Source of the DNA: the human T2T-CHM13v2.0 reference genome, Homo sapiens
Assembly (NCBI RefSeq): GCF_009914755.1
Contig: NC_060943.1
DNA: 64,000 nt
Reading direction: 5' to 3' (one strand)
Shown: one piece after another, positions 1 through 19,533 of the stretch
Position numbering within the stretch: the first letter of the stretch is position 1
Layout: each line of letters opens with the position of its first letter
The notes under the pieces: generated by a model
The model's database searches: none
Told to the model about the DNA's origin: nothing
The model's input: only the letters and a program-made list of their open reading frames with translations
Made by a program: the position numbers and the translations under genes

Positions 1-349
1 TAGTGAAACCCCGTCTCTACTAAAAATACAAAAAATTAGCTGGGCCTGGTGGTGGGCGCCTGTAATCCCAGCTATTCAGGAGGCTGAGGCAGGAGAATGG
101 CTTGAACCTGGGAGGCGGAGGTTGCAGTAAGCCGAGATCACAGTGTTGCACTCCAGCCTGGGCGACAGAATGAGACTCCGTCTCAAAAAAAAAATTGACT
201 GAGCCCCTAATGAGTTCCAAGCATTGTTCCAGGCACTGAAGATGCAGCAGAGAACAAAACAGGCAGAAATTTCTGTCTTGGAAGCGCTGGCAGCCTAGTT
301 GGGCAGACAGACAACGAGCAAATAAATCAAGAACATCTATAGGGTTTTA

Positions 350-1310
<961 letters not shown>

Positions 1311-1566
1311 AGCAGGCAGAAATTTCTGTCCTGGAAGCGCTGGCAGCCTAGTTGGGCAGACAGACAATGAGCAAATAAATCCAGAAAATCTGTAGGGTTT
1401 TAGAGCATGCTAAGTGCTGTGAAGAAAATCAGAGCATGGAAAGTATCAGGAAGGGACAAGAATTGGAAAGGGAGGGCAGGTTGCAATTTTTTTTTAAGAG
1501 ATGGCGTCTCTCTCTGTTGCCCAGGATGGAGTTCAGTGGTGCAATCACAGCTCACTGCAGTCTTGA

Positions 1567-1997
<431 letters not shown>

Positions 1998-2029
1998 TGA
2001 TCCTCCCGGTTGCAATTTTAAACAGGGTC

Positions 2030-2330
2030 ATCAGGGAGGCCCTACTGAGAAGAAGATTTAGACCAGAGACCTGAAGGAGAGGAAGAAGGGAACCAAAGAG
2101 AGATCTAGGGTAAAAGCATTCCTGGCAGGAAGAACAGCCTGTGCAAAGGCCCTGAGGCAGGACTATGCCTGGTGTGTTGGAGGAACAGTGAGGAGGCCCA
2201 TGTGGCTGGGGCAGAGCCAAGCAAGAGGGAGAGGGGAAGGAGATGAGGTCAGGGAAATGATGGAGGGTAGATTGCGCAGGGCCTTGGAAATGACAAAGAA
2301 GACTTTGGCTTATGCCCTGAGATGGAAGCC
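2030..2330 (+). mobile_element. L2-derived segment (strand given relative to the other local copies)
   Basis: AACAGCCTGTGCAAAGGCCCTGAGG...GTGGCTGG is typical of L2-derived sequence; similar copies at 31640-31960 and 33670-34020. Confidence 0.65.
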
Positions 2331-3367
2331 TCACGTTCTCACTTTAGCATCTCCCTGAGGTAGTCACTAAAATGGTGAAGAGTGTCCACTCCTTTTTCCC
2401 AACCCATTCAATGGCAGAGATTGTGGGTTGGCCTCTAACATCCATTCCCCACTTTCTCCTTTACAAATGAAACCTGCCCAGCTAAAGACTGTGTTGCCCG
2501 GCCTCTCTTGCAGGTCAGTGTGACTGTCTGACATATTGTGAACAACGGGACAGAAGCAGGTGTAACCTCAGAAGAAAAGAACAGGCCTTCTTCTTCCTCT
2601 TCCCCCACTGCCCCCCACCTGTGTCTGGAAGGTGGCCACCATCACAGGGGCCGGAGTAGCCACTGTGGTCCACAAGATAGAAGTTGGGGGCTGAGGAGGC
2701 AGAGCAACAAGACCGAAGGAGCCCTGGGTCCCTGGTGATTGTGGAGCCTCTGCTGCAGCCTGGGTTGATGCCCAGGTTATGAGGACAGGAGTGATGAGTG
2801 TCACCCTTGTTTAAGCCATGGTCTTATGGGTTTCTGGCAACATAGATCATGAATAATCAAAAGTTGTTGTTTTTTTTTTCGAGACGGAGTCTCACTCTGT
2901 CACCCAGGCTGGAGTGCAGTGGTGTGATCTCCACTCACTGCAAGCTCTGCCTCCTGGGTTCACACCAGTCTCCTGCCTCAGCCTCATGAGTAGCTTGGAC
3001 TACAGGTGCCCACCACCACACCCGGCTAATTTTTGGTATTCTTTAGTAGAGATGGGGTTTCACCATGTTAGCCAGGATGGTCTTGATCTCCTGACCTCAT
3101 GATCCACCCGCCTTGGCCTCCCAAAGTGCTGGGATTACAGGTGCGAGCCACTGCGCCCAGCTGAATAATCAAAAGTTTTGAGCACTCTCACTGCCCCTAT
3201 TGCAGATTTCAGAGTTTTTGTTGTTGTTGTTGTTTTGGAGACAGGGTCTTGCTCTGTTGCCAGGCTGGAGTGCGGTGGTTCCATCACAAGCTCACTGCAG
3301 CCTCGACCTCACAGGCTCAAGTGATCCTCCCACTCAGCCTTCTGAGTAGCTGGGATTACAGGTTTGA

Positions 3368-3496
<129 letters not shown>

Positions 3497-4379
3497 TGAG
3501 TAGCTGGGACTACAGGCATGCACCACCACACCTGGCTAATTTTTAAATTTTTTGAAGCAGTTAGCGGGGGGTCTCACTGTGTTGCCCAGGCTGATCCTGA
3601 ACTCCTGGACTCAAGCGATCCTCCCGCCTCACCCTCCCAAAGTGATGCGAATACAGGCATGAACCACCATGCCCAGCCTTCCAGACTTTTGCTCTTCCGT
3701 GCTAACACTCCCCTGATGCAAAACGCCCATCCTCTCTCCTCTCCTCCTCCCAATCTTCCTTTGGCTCTTGGCCTCGTTCCTCCAACCTTGCTGCAACCAA
3801 GCTGTACCATGCTACAAGCTCCACCTTGTGGCCAGCCTGGTAACTGACCTTGGCTCTCCTCTTCCTGATGCTGTCCACTTAGTTTTTTTCCAACAGACTT
3901 AGTTTTATTCCAAGATATGTTCAGGGACATCCATCCTCCCCTACATTCCTTCATCTTCATATCTCCCTCCCTCTCTCTTCCAAATTTGCAGTTCCTCTAG
4001 AACCAAGCTGGGTCCTTTCAACCCCTATGTTGTGCATTTGTGGTGATTCTGTAAGGCAGAAAGGGGACCAGAGAGGGTGAATGGGCTGGCTGGGTCACAC
4101 AGCCAAGCCATCCTCTCCAGAGGAAGCTGAAGAGTGAGCCTGGTCAAGAGAGGATACAGGCTGGGCATGGTGGTTCACATCTGTAATCCCAGCACTGTGA
4201 GAGGCCAAGGCAGGCGATTACTTGAGCCCAGGAGTTTGAGACCAGCCTAGGCAACATCATCTCTACAAAAGATAAAAAAATTAGCCAGGTATGGTGGCGG
4301 GTGCCTGTAATCCCAGCTACCTAGGAGGCTGAGGTGGGAGGATCGCTTGAGGCCAGGAAGTGGAGGCTGTGGTCAGCTA

Positions 4380-4625
<246 letters not shown>

Positions 4626-5179
4626 TCAGACACAGGGCCCCCCATTAGTCTTCCAGGAAATCCTTCTATCAAAGCTCAATGATCTCATTCCTTCCTTTGT
4701 TCCACAAACACTTATTGAGCAACTGCTGTGTACCAAGTCCTATTTGGGGTGCTGGAAGCAAAACACACTTGCCCTCTTCCTCCCAGGCTAGTGTGGGAAG
4801 CATGGGTGAGGTCAGACTGTGATGAAGGCACCCAGAGGAGGCCCCTGACCTGGGCCTTGGGCTTCCCAGAGGAGGTGACGTGGAGGCTGAGATGTGAAAG
4901 ATGAAGAGGAGAAAGTAGCATGGTCCATGCTGAGGGAACGGCAGGAGCAGAGGCTCCGAGGTGGGGTGGGGTGGGTTTGAGCCCCTAAGAGGCAGCCAGT
5001 TGTAATAGAGGCCAACGGCCTGCAGAGCTGGGGGCGAGAGCAGGGCCTTGATCTCAAGGGCAATAGGGAGCCAAGGAAGGATTTAGAGCAAGGGAGGAGT
5101 GAGATTGGATTTGCCTTTGAGGAAGATTCCAAAGAGGAAGGACCGGAGGGCACAAGGCTTGAATTCAGGGCCCAGGACG

Positions 5180-5720
5180 GGGCTGTGCCTCCTTCACCAC
5201 GTCCTCTGCTGCGCCCGGGCGCAAGGAGGAAGGAGAGCCGGGAGGGCGTACCTGGCAGCCAAAAGCCCAGCCGCTAATGAGCCCGGTGCGGCGCGAGCTA
5301 TTTTTAGCAGCTGCTCCTCGGGACGCCTAATCGCTCCGGCCGGCTCCCGCCAGGCTGCCATGGAAACGCTCGCGCCACCGCCAGGAGCTCCCTCCCGGTC
5401 CCGGCCGGCGCTGCCCGCCCCTCAGCCCCGGGCCAGGATGATGCGTGCTGCCCCCCGCCAGGAAGGAGCCCTGCCTGCCTTCCCAGCACTGTCACTGCAC
5501 GGCTGTGCGATCCCGGGACATCTCTGCCCCTCTCTGGGCCTTAGAGGGCAAGAGAGGTAAAGGCGCGCACTGGAGGCTGAGAAGCACGTTTGAATCTCCG
5601 CTGGGCCAACGACTTGGGGTGCAAGGTCAGGAGTGTCCCAGAATCTGAGCCCTCTTTTTGTCATCTGAAAAACAAGCCCCCGCCTCATTTAACTGCGGAG
5701 AGCACCCGGCCCCGAGGAAT
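5180..5720. promoter_or_regulatory. Orphan CpG-rich element, candidate enhancer or promoter
   Basis: CpG retained; MEF2 consensus CTATTTTTAG 5298-5307, E-box CAGCTG 5308-5313, RFX-like GCTGCCATGGAAAC 5354-5367. Confidence 0.6.
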
Positions 5721-5781
5721 AAGTGATTTCAGAATTCCAAACACTCATTAAACACCTACTGCATGCCAGCCATTGCCCTAA

Positions 5782-6176
<395 letters not shown>

Positions 6177-7206
6177 TAGGCTGATCTCAAACTCCTGGGC
6201 TCAAGTGATCCACCCGCCTCAGCCTCCCAAAGTGCTGGGATTATAGAGGTGAGCTACCACCCCCCGGCCTAAATTTTTATTTTTATTTTTATTTTTATTT
6301 TTGTAGAGGCAGAGTCTTGCTTTGTTGCCCAGGCTGGGTCTTGAACTCCTGGCCTCAAGCAATCCTCCTGCCTCGGCCTCCCAGAGTGCTGGGATCACAG
6401 GTGTGGGCCACAGCACCCAGCCTGCCCTAAGCTTTCTATGCATTCACTTGATTAATTAAATCCAGAGGCATGTTACAGGTTATGCATTCACAGATGAAGC
6501 CATTGCTGCCAGGAGGTTAACTGGCTCTCCGGATATGGAGGCAAGGAAGGGACCCAGGCTTACTGGATGGGGACGCAGAGGGTGAGAGGCTTCCCTCCTC
6601 CAGGGTGCAGGTAGGGACACTGAGGCAGAGACGAGGGTAGCAAGTTGCCCAATGCTGAGAGCCCTGGAGTTGGGCTCTCTCTCGCCCACCGAGGAAAGCT
6701 ATTATAGAGGGGTCGTGGGCGGGTGGCGCGGGGCAGCCCGCCAACAACTGACACCAGGGGCTATTTCAGGAAGTGTCACTCAGTCAGTTGGGACAGGCTG
6801 AGGCCCAAGGAGGGAGGACAGGAAGAACAAAGCCCTGACCTGGGCCAGGACAGGGAGGTGGAGACAGGAAGGCAGAGTGCATGAGACTGCAGCCATGTGA
6901 CCTACGGCATGTCTGCTTTGCCGCTCCGGGCCTCAATTTCCCCATCTATAGAGATGAGGTCTTGCTATGTTGCCCAGGCTGTTCTCAAATTCATGGGCTG
7001 AAGCAATCCTCCTGCCTCAGCCTCTCAAGTAGCTGGGACCACACGCACACATCACCATACCAAGTTAATTTTTAATTTTTTGTGGGCACAGGGTCTCACA
7101 GCATAGCAAGACTCTATCTCTACAAAAGAAATGAAATGGGAGAAGGGGATTTAAAAAATTAAGTTACATTTTAAAACTGACCAGGAGCAATGGCTCATGT
7201 CTGTAA

Positions 7207-7613
<407 letters not shown>

Positions 7614-9515
7614 TAGATACAAAAAGTTTAAAAATTAACTGAGCATGGTCATCCCAGCTACTCAGGAGGCTGAGGTGGAAGGATCCCTTGAACCCAGGAC
7701 TTCGAAGCTACAGTGAACTATGATTGTGCCACTGCACTCCAGCCTGGGCAACAGAGCGAGACCCTGTCTAAAAATAAATAAATAAATAAATAAAATACAG
7801 CAAGCCACGTGCTAAAAACAGTGCCAAGTGTCACGTGATGCTACTTTTCAGCTATTATGATTCACCGATCGCATCTGCCACGGGACATCAGGCCTCGGTG
7901 GGCTCACAGGGAAGGTGGCGGAAGAGCTGGCCTCATCCCAGGTCTGAGGGTCGACCCTGAACCACGAGAGAGAGGGAGAGAGAAAAAGGAGTCCCAAGGC
8001 TGGCACACAGCTGTCCTGAGCTGGCTTCCCCACTCCCGCTTCCCACCACCCTGCCTGGCCGGTGCCTGCATTTTCACCCTTAGGGCTGCCTCCATGGCAC
8101 CTGCACCAGCCCCTGGGAGGAGATGCTGGAGCTGCCCAGAGCTGGGGGCCCGAGTGGAACACAAGCCCCCATCCTCCACTCTTCCCCAGTCACCCTGGCA
8201 GCGGGGAGGGGAGGGGAAGGGAGGGGAGGCCAAGGTTACAGAGCCCCTCCCCCTGCCTGGCTATAATTAGCCCCGAGATGAATTAAACATGAGGCTGGGC
8301 TTGTCTGCAGCAGCGGAGGCAGCAGCTTCGTCCCTGACACTATAATTGTTCCCGGGCAGCAGGCAGAGGACAGGGCTGATGTGTGAGGCTGGGGGAGGTG
8401 GGGACACACTCACTGGGCACGGCTGTGGGAACACAGCTGTGTGGGGCCTGTGGACGTCTTTGGCAGGTACACGCGTGTGCCCGCATGCACATGTGTGTGG
8501 TCCTCAGGACTCTCCAGGCACGAGGGGGAAGGGGTGGTCCTTGGGCCTGGAGAAGGCTCAAGGCTCAGGAGCCCCGGGATGAAGGTAGCAGCCCCACAAG
8601 GGGCATGGAGGGGGCACTCTCCAGCCCCATCTCCAGCAGCCCTGCGGTGGGGGTGGGCGGCCACCATTAAAGCTGCTAACAGCCAGCACGGTGGTTCACG
8701 CCTGTAATCCCAGTACTTTGGGAGGCTGAGGAGGGAGGATCACTTGAGGCCAGGAGTTCAGGAACAGCCTGGGTAACATAGCAAGACCCCATTTCTACAA
8801 GAAGTTTAAACATTAACTGGGTGTGGTGGCACGCACCTGTAATCCCAGCTACTTAGGAGGCTAAGGCAGGAGGAACACTTGACCCTGAAAGGTGGAGGCT
8901 GCAGTGAGCCAAGATCATGCCACTGCCTGGGAGACAGAGTGAGACCCTGTCTAAAAAAAAAAAAAAACTGCCACCATCAGGATTCACACCTTCGTGGGAA
9001 GCCACCATTCCAACCTCCCGTCACGAAGTCCCAGACTCCCTCATCCACAGCGCTATCGGGCACTCGGGCACCGTAGCTGTGGTTCCAGCATTCCGGCCGC
9101 CACCAGCCACTGTCATGCTGATGGGAACCCATCAGTCCAGTCTGCAGTGAACATGCCTGTCTGGTTCTGTCTCTCCCAGGCTGGGAGCCCCCTCAGGGCT
9201 GGGTCTCTGGACCCCGCATGGCCCAGCTCAGGTGGGATTCCCATAATGGGGGAACACTTCTGGGGTCTTTGGAGTTTGGGGAGGTGGAGAGGCTGTGGAT
9301 GAGGGAAGCATCCTTTAGGTCTAGAAACATCTGCAAATTGATGGACATCCTTGGGCCTCCTGGTCATCATCTTCCCACTCCAAAAACTATTATCCATCCA
9401 TTTTATAAGGGAGGGAAACTGAGGCTGGGAGAGAGCCAGTGACCTGCCCAAGTGGCACAACGAGGAAGGCACAGAGCCTGGAGGTCTTAGTGGCTCCATT
9501 AAGACCATTAGCAGG

Positions 9516-10142
<627 letters not shown>

Positions 10143-10617
10143 ACCACTATTAGTCACTCACACCTTCACGAATATGGCCAACTCCCTAGGAGAGAACCCT
10201 GGATTGGATTCCAGCTGGGTTCAAAACCCAGGCTGGAAGCATTATGAGGTCTTGGGCTTTTGGATGGGGTGAGAGAGAGAGGAGGGTGACCTCAGGCCTG
10301 CTCCTCTCCTCTCTGGGCCTCAGTCTTCCCATCCAGGAGATGGGACAATGGCGACTGGAGACAGTCTTGTTGGGGGCAGGGAAGACGGTGTCAGGATCTC
10401 ATTCCGGGACGCCCGCCACCTGGCCCTGTACCAGTGAAATTCATTTCCCGGACCCTGGCCCAAGAAATGGTGAAATCTCTCCAGCAGCCTGCTGATAGCA
10501 ACTTTAAGTCTTTCTGCAGAGAGGAAGGGAGGTGAGAGATGGGGAGAAGAGAGGGGAGTGAGAGGCAGGGGCCTCGGTCAGTCTCTCAGCTGTAAACACT
10601 CCCTCCCTCTACTAGGA

Positions 10618-11337
<720 letters not shown>

Positions 11338-11568
11338 TCATTCACAGCCCCTCCACCTCCCCAGACTTGAAAGACCCCAGGAGTATCCCGCCATTATAGG
11401 ATCCCACCCGAGCTGGGATATGCAGTGTTCAGAGACCCAGCCCTAGAGAGGCTCCCAGGCTGGGGGAGACAGAACCAGACAGAAACCTCACAGCCCAAAC
11501 AACCAGGCCCTGTGCAGGGGGATCTGGTGGCTGAGTACACGGGGCCCCCTACAGACAAAGAGTGTTTA

Positions 11569-12380
<812 letters not shown>

Positions 12381-14279
12381 CTATTATAAGGATAAAATGA
12401 GATAAGGAGAGTGTGTAAACCCCCAGCACATACTCAGTGCTTGCAGAGCAGCTTTTGCAACCATGGCACCAATCAAGCCCGTGTAGATCATTTTTTTTTA
12501 ACAGTTATATATTCATTTCAATGTATATATTCCCCCAAATTTATATACAGCATCTACTCTACTCAAAAAAGATGTATATCTGGGTTTTCATGGCAGGATA
12601 TAAAGGGTGCATTTTAGAAATAGATATATTTTGTCGGAAAACAATGAGAGGAGGAGTCGGTTTAGAGAAAAATGATGGTGGGAATGAAGGAAGCCTGGAG
12701 TCAGGAACCGCTCAGAGTAATAGATTTCTCAGCCTGTTCCTGGGCCCAATAATTAATCCTGAGGGGCTAATTAAATTCCAGCTTCCTCTCTAGCCACTCA
12801 GCAGCCTCCCTCCTGGCCTCCCTCTCCCCCAGGGAGGCCCGGCCTGGCCCGCCCCTGCCAGAGCCTCCCTCCTGCTGAACCGCCAGGCCCCCAGTTCCCT
12901 GGGCTTAATCATCAGGAATTAAGGTTTAATCAGAAGGTTGCCTGAGAGGAACAGCCTCCCAGGTGTACAGCCGCACCAGGAATAGGGTGAGCTCAGTGAG
13001 GCGGGCTCGAGCAAACGCAGGGTCAGAGCCTGTCATTCACTTCACACTTAGATATTTTGTTCATCGTCTATGTTTTCATAATCATCGTGACTTCTTTTTT
13101 TTTTGAGACAAGGTCTTACTCTGTCACCCAGGCTGCAGTGGAATGGCACTATCATGGCTCACTGCAGCCTCAACCTCCCTACCTCAAGTGATCCTCCTGC
13201 CTCAGCCTCCTGAGTAGCTGGGACCACAGGTGTGCACTACCACACCTGGCTAATTTTTGTATTTTTCGTAGAGACGGGAGTCTTGCTATGTTTCCTAGGC
13301 TGGGTCTTGAACTCCTGAAACCAAGCGATCCTTCCACCTTGGCCTCCCCAAATGCTGGGATTACAGGCATGAGCCATCCTGCCCAGTCTCCTCATGACTT
13401 TTTTTTTTTTTTTTTGAGACAGAGTCTTGCTCTGTTGCCCAGGCTGGAGTGGCGCGATCTCGACTCAGCATCTGCCTCCCAGGTTCAAGCAATTATTCTG
13501 GCCTCAGCCTCCTGAGTAGCTGGGATTACAGGCGCCCACCACCACGCCCGGCTAATTTTTGTATTTTTAGTACAGAGGAGGTTTAACCATGTTGACCAGG
13601 CTTGCCTGGAACTCCTGACCTCAAGTGATCAGTCTGCCTTAGCCTCCCAAAGTGCTGGCATTACAGGCGTGAGCCACCATGCCTGGCCCCTCATGACGTT
13701 TTTCAATGTTGCATCAAACTACTGTTTATCTTGGTGACTGAGTTGAACGGCACCTCCTTAAATTTTGCACTGAGGTGGGTGCCTTGCTCTCTTTACCCTA
13801 ATTCTGGTCCCAACTCCTCCACGCATGCACAAAGCCAGCAACTCCTAAGCATCTTGAGACCTGAAGCTCATTTCAGCTTCACCGCTGTCTGAGGACAATC
13901 TGTTATTGGGCCCATTTTATGGATGAGAAACTGAGGCCCAGAAGGTCAAGTCACTGGCTTTGGGTTCCTTGGCTAAGGGGAGGCAGAGGCAGGATTTGAA
14001 CCCAAGACGCCACTGAGATGGGGTTGCTGCCTGTCCTGAATCCAGAGACAATGCAACCCGCTTCAGAGCACCCTTTCTGAAGTGTTTTTGTTTTTGTTTT
14101 CTTGTTTGTTAGTTTGTTTTGAGACCAGGCTGGAGTGCAATGGTGCAATCTCGGCTCACTGCAAAGCAACCTCCACCTCCCGGGTTCAAGCAATTCTCAT
14201 GCTTCAGCCTCCCAAGTAGCTGGGACTACAGGCACACACCACCATGCCCAGCTGATTTTTGTTTTTTGTGTTTTTTTGA

Positions 14280-14594
<315 letters not shown>

Positions 14595-15824
14595 TAGTTC
14601 TGTCCCTCTAGAGAACCTCTAGAGAACAAATACTTTAATATTAATCTATCAGGTATCCTTCCCCACTTTATACCACCCTTATCTAGTCTATGGGGGACAC
14701 TACTAATCTATCAAGTAACCTTCCCCACTTCCTGCCACCCCCACCTGTATGTGGACTACAATAGAAAGAGAGACTTGAGGCTGAAGGAAGCCCAGCGTAG
14801 GTATGAGGACTTGTTCTGGGCTTTGACGCATCCATAGGAGTTTTCTAGGTATGAGTAGGGTCTGCTGAAAGGGCTTTACTGTGTATGCAAAAGCCTAGAG
14901 AAGTGAAGGAGAGTGTGACTCATTCATGGACTAATAAGTTTGTCTCCTTGAAGCTGGAGAGGCCTTGAAGGCCAGAAAAGGAGCCTGAACGTCATCCTGT
15001 TCATCCTGTTCACAGTGACACGGTCACCCAGGCTCAATTCCACTCCCCATCTTCCAGTTTCTCGGCTTCCTCCAACACCCGACCTAGCTCCCAGGTGTTA
15101 AGGTCAGAAGTGAATGCACCTGTGAATTAGTGAAGGAATGAGTGAGCAGAGGCAGCTGCTTCAAGGTTGTGTGGTGATACATCCTTCTGAACCCTGCCCC
15201 GGTGCTTCACGGTACAGGCTCCAGAGAGGACTCAGCCTGGGACCCTGCCCCCAAGGATCCCCAGGCTGGGACTGTGGGATGGAGCTGGACACAGACACCC
15301 AAGCTCTGCAGAGTCAGGGCTGGTGCTGAGCGACCTTGGAGGGGAGGACATTGGAGCTGTGTGCAAAGCTTTTTTTTTTTTTTTTTTTTTTTGAGAGAGG
15401 GTCTGGCTCTGTAACCCAGGCTGGAGTGCAGTGGTGCAATCTCAGCTCACTGCAACCTCCACCTCCCGGACCCAAGTGATCCTCTCTCCCAACCCAGAAG
15501 GCGGAGGTTTCAGTGAGCCGAGATCGCACCATCGCACTCCAGCCTGGGCAACAAATATGGATGTGGGGGAATAGGCAAGCAGGTAGGTGGATGTGGCTGG
15601 CTGCGTGGAAAGAACAGGGGTGGTGGGGGCAGCCAAGGATCAATCAGGCACTGGTGAGAAGTTCTAGCTTCATCCCGAAGGCAATGGGAGCCATGGAGGG
15701 CTCTGGACAGAGGAGAGACATTGCCAGACCCAGGTGCTCACAGGAACCCTTCTGGGGGCTACAGCGGCAACAGATTGTGAAGGGAGGTGATTGCATTGGT
15801 CTGGGAAAGTGACGATCATGTACC

Positions 15825-16662
<838 letters not shown>

Positions 16663-16952
16663 AAATGCTGCAGCCTTTGCACCGACCACCAGAGAGTGCT
16701 GTGCCCATGTGGCAGGATCAAGCAATCCGGAATCTGAAGGAAAAGAAAGTAGTTCAAGCTGACGATCAGTCCTTTGTGGTTGTTGTCTTAGATCAGTTCT
16801 TACAATGGAGACACGTTTACCATCTGGCATCTTTCAGCATCTAAGGGAGACAGATCTGCCTGGAGATAGGGAGTCTGCCACTGATCCTCACACCATTTTA
16901 TCCTGCTAGGTGGGGGACAGAATGAGGCCTGCAGTCAACTCACAGATTCTGC

Positions 16953-16983
<31 letters not shown>

Positions 16984-17005
16984 GAGACAGGATCTGGCTC
17001 TGTAA

Positions 17006-17236
<231 letters not shown>

Positions 17237-17272
17237 TAAAGGCGTGAGCTACAGCATTTATTAGATACCTAC

Positions 17273-17713
17273 TGTCAGGCCTCTGAGCCCAGGCCAGGCC
17301 ATCGCATCCCCTGTGACTGGCACGTATACATCCAGATGGCCTGAAGTAACTGAAGATCCACAAAAGAAGTAAAAACAGCCTTAACTGATGACATTCCACC
17401 ATTGTGATTTGTTCCTGCCCCACCCTAACTGATCAATGTACTTTGTAGTCTCCCCCACCCTTAAGAAGGTTCTTTGTAATTCTCCCCACCCTTGAGAATG
17501 TACTTTGTGAGATCCACCCCTGCCCACCAGAGAGCAACCCCCTTTGACTGTAATTTTCCATTACCTTCCCAAATCCTATAAAACGGCCCCACCCGTATCT
17601 CCCTTCGCTGACTCTCTTTTCGGACTCAGCCGGCCTGCACCCAGGTGAAATAAACAGCCATGCTTCTCACACAAAGCCTGTTTGGTGGTCTCTTCACACA
17701 GACGCGCATGAAA
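17273..17713 (+). mobile_element. 5' LTR, LTR7 family (LTR7Y/LTR7B-like U3 with tandem CACCC-containing repeats)
   Basis: TGTCAGGCCTCTGAGCCC start, TATAAAA 17577-17583, AATAAA 17649-17654, ends CATGAAA. Subfamily assigned from recall only. Confidence 0.9.
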
Positions 17714-17715
17714 TT

Positions 17716-17733
17716 TGGTGCCGTGACTCGGAT
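17716..17733 (+). other. Primer binding site complementary to the tRNA-His 3' end
   Basis: TGGTGCCGTGACTCGGAT, 2 nt after the 5' LTR. Confidence 0.95.
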
Positions 17734-19278
17734 CGGGGGACCTCCCTTGGGAGGTCAATCCCCTGTCCTCCTGCTCTTTGCTCCGTGAGAAAGATCCACC
17801 TACCACCTCAGGTCCTCAGTCCAACCAGCCCAGGAAACATCCCACCAATTTCGAATCCGGTAAGCGGCCTCTTTTTACTCTCTTCTCCAACCTCCCTCAC
17901 TATCCCTCAACCTCTTTCTCCTTTCAATCTTGGCGCCACATTTCAATCTCTCCCTTCTCTTAATTTCAATTCCTTTCATTTTCTGGTAGAGACAAAAGAG
18001 ACATGTTTTATCCGTGAACCCAAAACTCCGGCGCCGGTCACGGACTGGGAAGGCAGCCTTCCCTTGGTGTTTAATCATTGCAGGGACGCCTCTCTGATTA
18101 TACACTCACGTTTCAAGGGTGTCAGACCACGCAGGGACGCCCGCCTTGGTCCTTCACCCTTAGTGGCAAGTCCCGCTTTCCTGGGGCAGGGGCAAGTACC
18201 CCTCAACCCCTTCTCCTTCACCCTCAGTGGCAAGTCCCGCTTTCCTAGGGGGCAAGAAACCCCCAATCGCTTATTTCCGCACCCCAACCTCTTATATCTC
18301 TGCACCCCAATCCCTTATTTCCACACCCTGACCTCTTTGTGCCCCAATCCCTTACTTCCGTGCCCCAACCCCTTCTCTGCTTTTCTGGAGGGCGAGAACC
18401 CCCCACCCCTTCTCCGTGTCTCTACTCTTTTTTCTGGGCTTGCCTCCTTCACTATGGGTAAGCTTCCACCTTCCATTCCTCCTCCTTCTCCTTTAGCCTG
18501 TGTTCTCAAAAACTTAAAACCTCTTCAACTCACACCTGACCTAAAACCTAAATGCCTTATTTTCTTCTGCAATGCCGCTTGACTCCAATACAAGCTCGAC
18601 AGTAGTTCCAAATAGCCGGAAAACGGCACTTTCAATTTTTCCATCCTACAAGATCTAAATAATTCTTGTCGTAAAATGGGCAAATGGTCTGAGGTGCCTG
18701 AAGTCCATCAGTCCCTTCCTACTCTCTGTGCCCAGTGCAACTCGTCCCAAATCTTCCTTCTTTCCCTCCCACCTGTCCCCTCAGTCCCAACCCCAAGCGT
18801 CGCTGAGTCTTTCTCATCTTCCTTTTCTACAGACCCATCTGACCTCTCCCCTCCTCGCCAGCCCAAGCTAAGTCCCAATTCTTCCTCAGCCTCCGCTCCT
18901 GCATCCTGTCATTTTTTTATCGCCTCCCCTCCTCACACCTGGTCCGGCTTACAGTTTCGTTCCGTGACTAGCCCTCCCCCTCCTGCCCAGCAATTTACTC
19001 TTAAAAAGGTGGCTGGAGCCAAAGGCATAGTCGAGGTTAATGCTCCTTTTTCTTTATCCCAAATCAGAAGCGTTTAGGCTCTTTTTCATCAAATATAAAA
19101 ACCCAGCCCAGTTCATGACTTGTTTGGCAGTAACCCTGAGACACTTTACAGCCCTAGACCCTAAAAAGTCAAAAGGCCGTCTTATTCTCAAAATATATTT
19201 TATTACCCAATCTGCTCCCGACATTAAATAAAACTCCAAAAATTAAATTCCGGCCCTCAGACCCCACAACAGGACTTA

Positions 19279-19533
19279 ATGAACCTCGCCTTCAAGGTGT
19301 ACAATAATAGAAAAAAGTTGCAATTCCTTGCCTCCACTGTGAGACAAACCCCAGCCACATCTCCAGCACACAAGAACTTCCAAACGCCTGAACCGCAGCG
19401 GCCAGGCGTTCCTCCAGAACCTCCTCCCCCAGGAGCTTGCTACACGTGCCGGAAATCTGGCCACTGGGCCAAGGAATGCCCGCTGCCCGGGATTCCTCCT
19501 AAGCCGCGTCCCATCTGTGTGGGACCCCACTGA
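19279..19533 (+). pseudogene. HERV-H gag remnant (nucleocapsid zinc knuckle)
   Basis: CYTCRKSGHWAKEC = CX2CX4HX4C. Surrounding gag is broken by stops and frameshifts. Confidence 0.88.

Noticed and set aside
17785-18582. 265-aa ORF in the HERV-H leader/pre-gag region
   Set aside because: Non-ATG start, pyrimidine-rich leader, downstream gag disrupted. No evidence of a functional protein.
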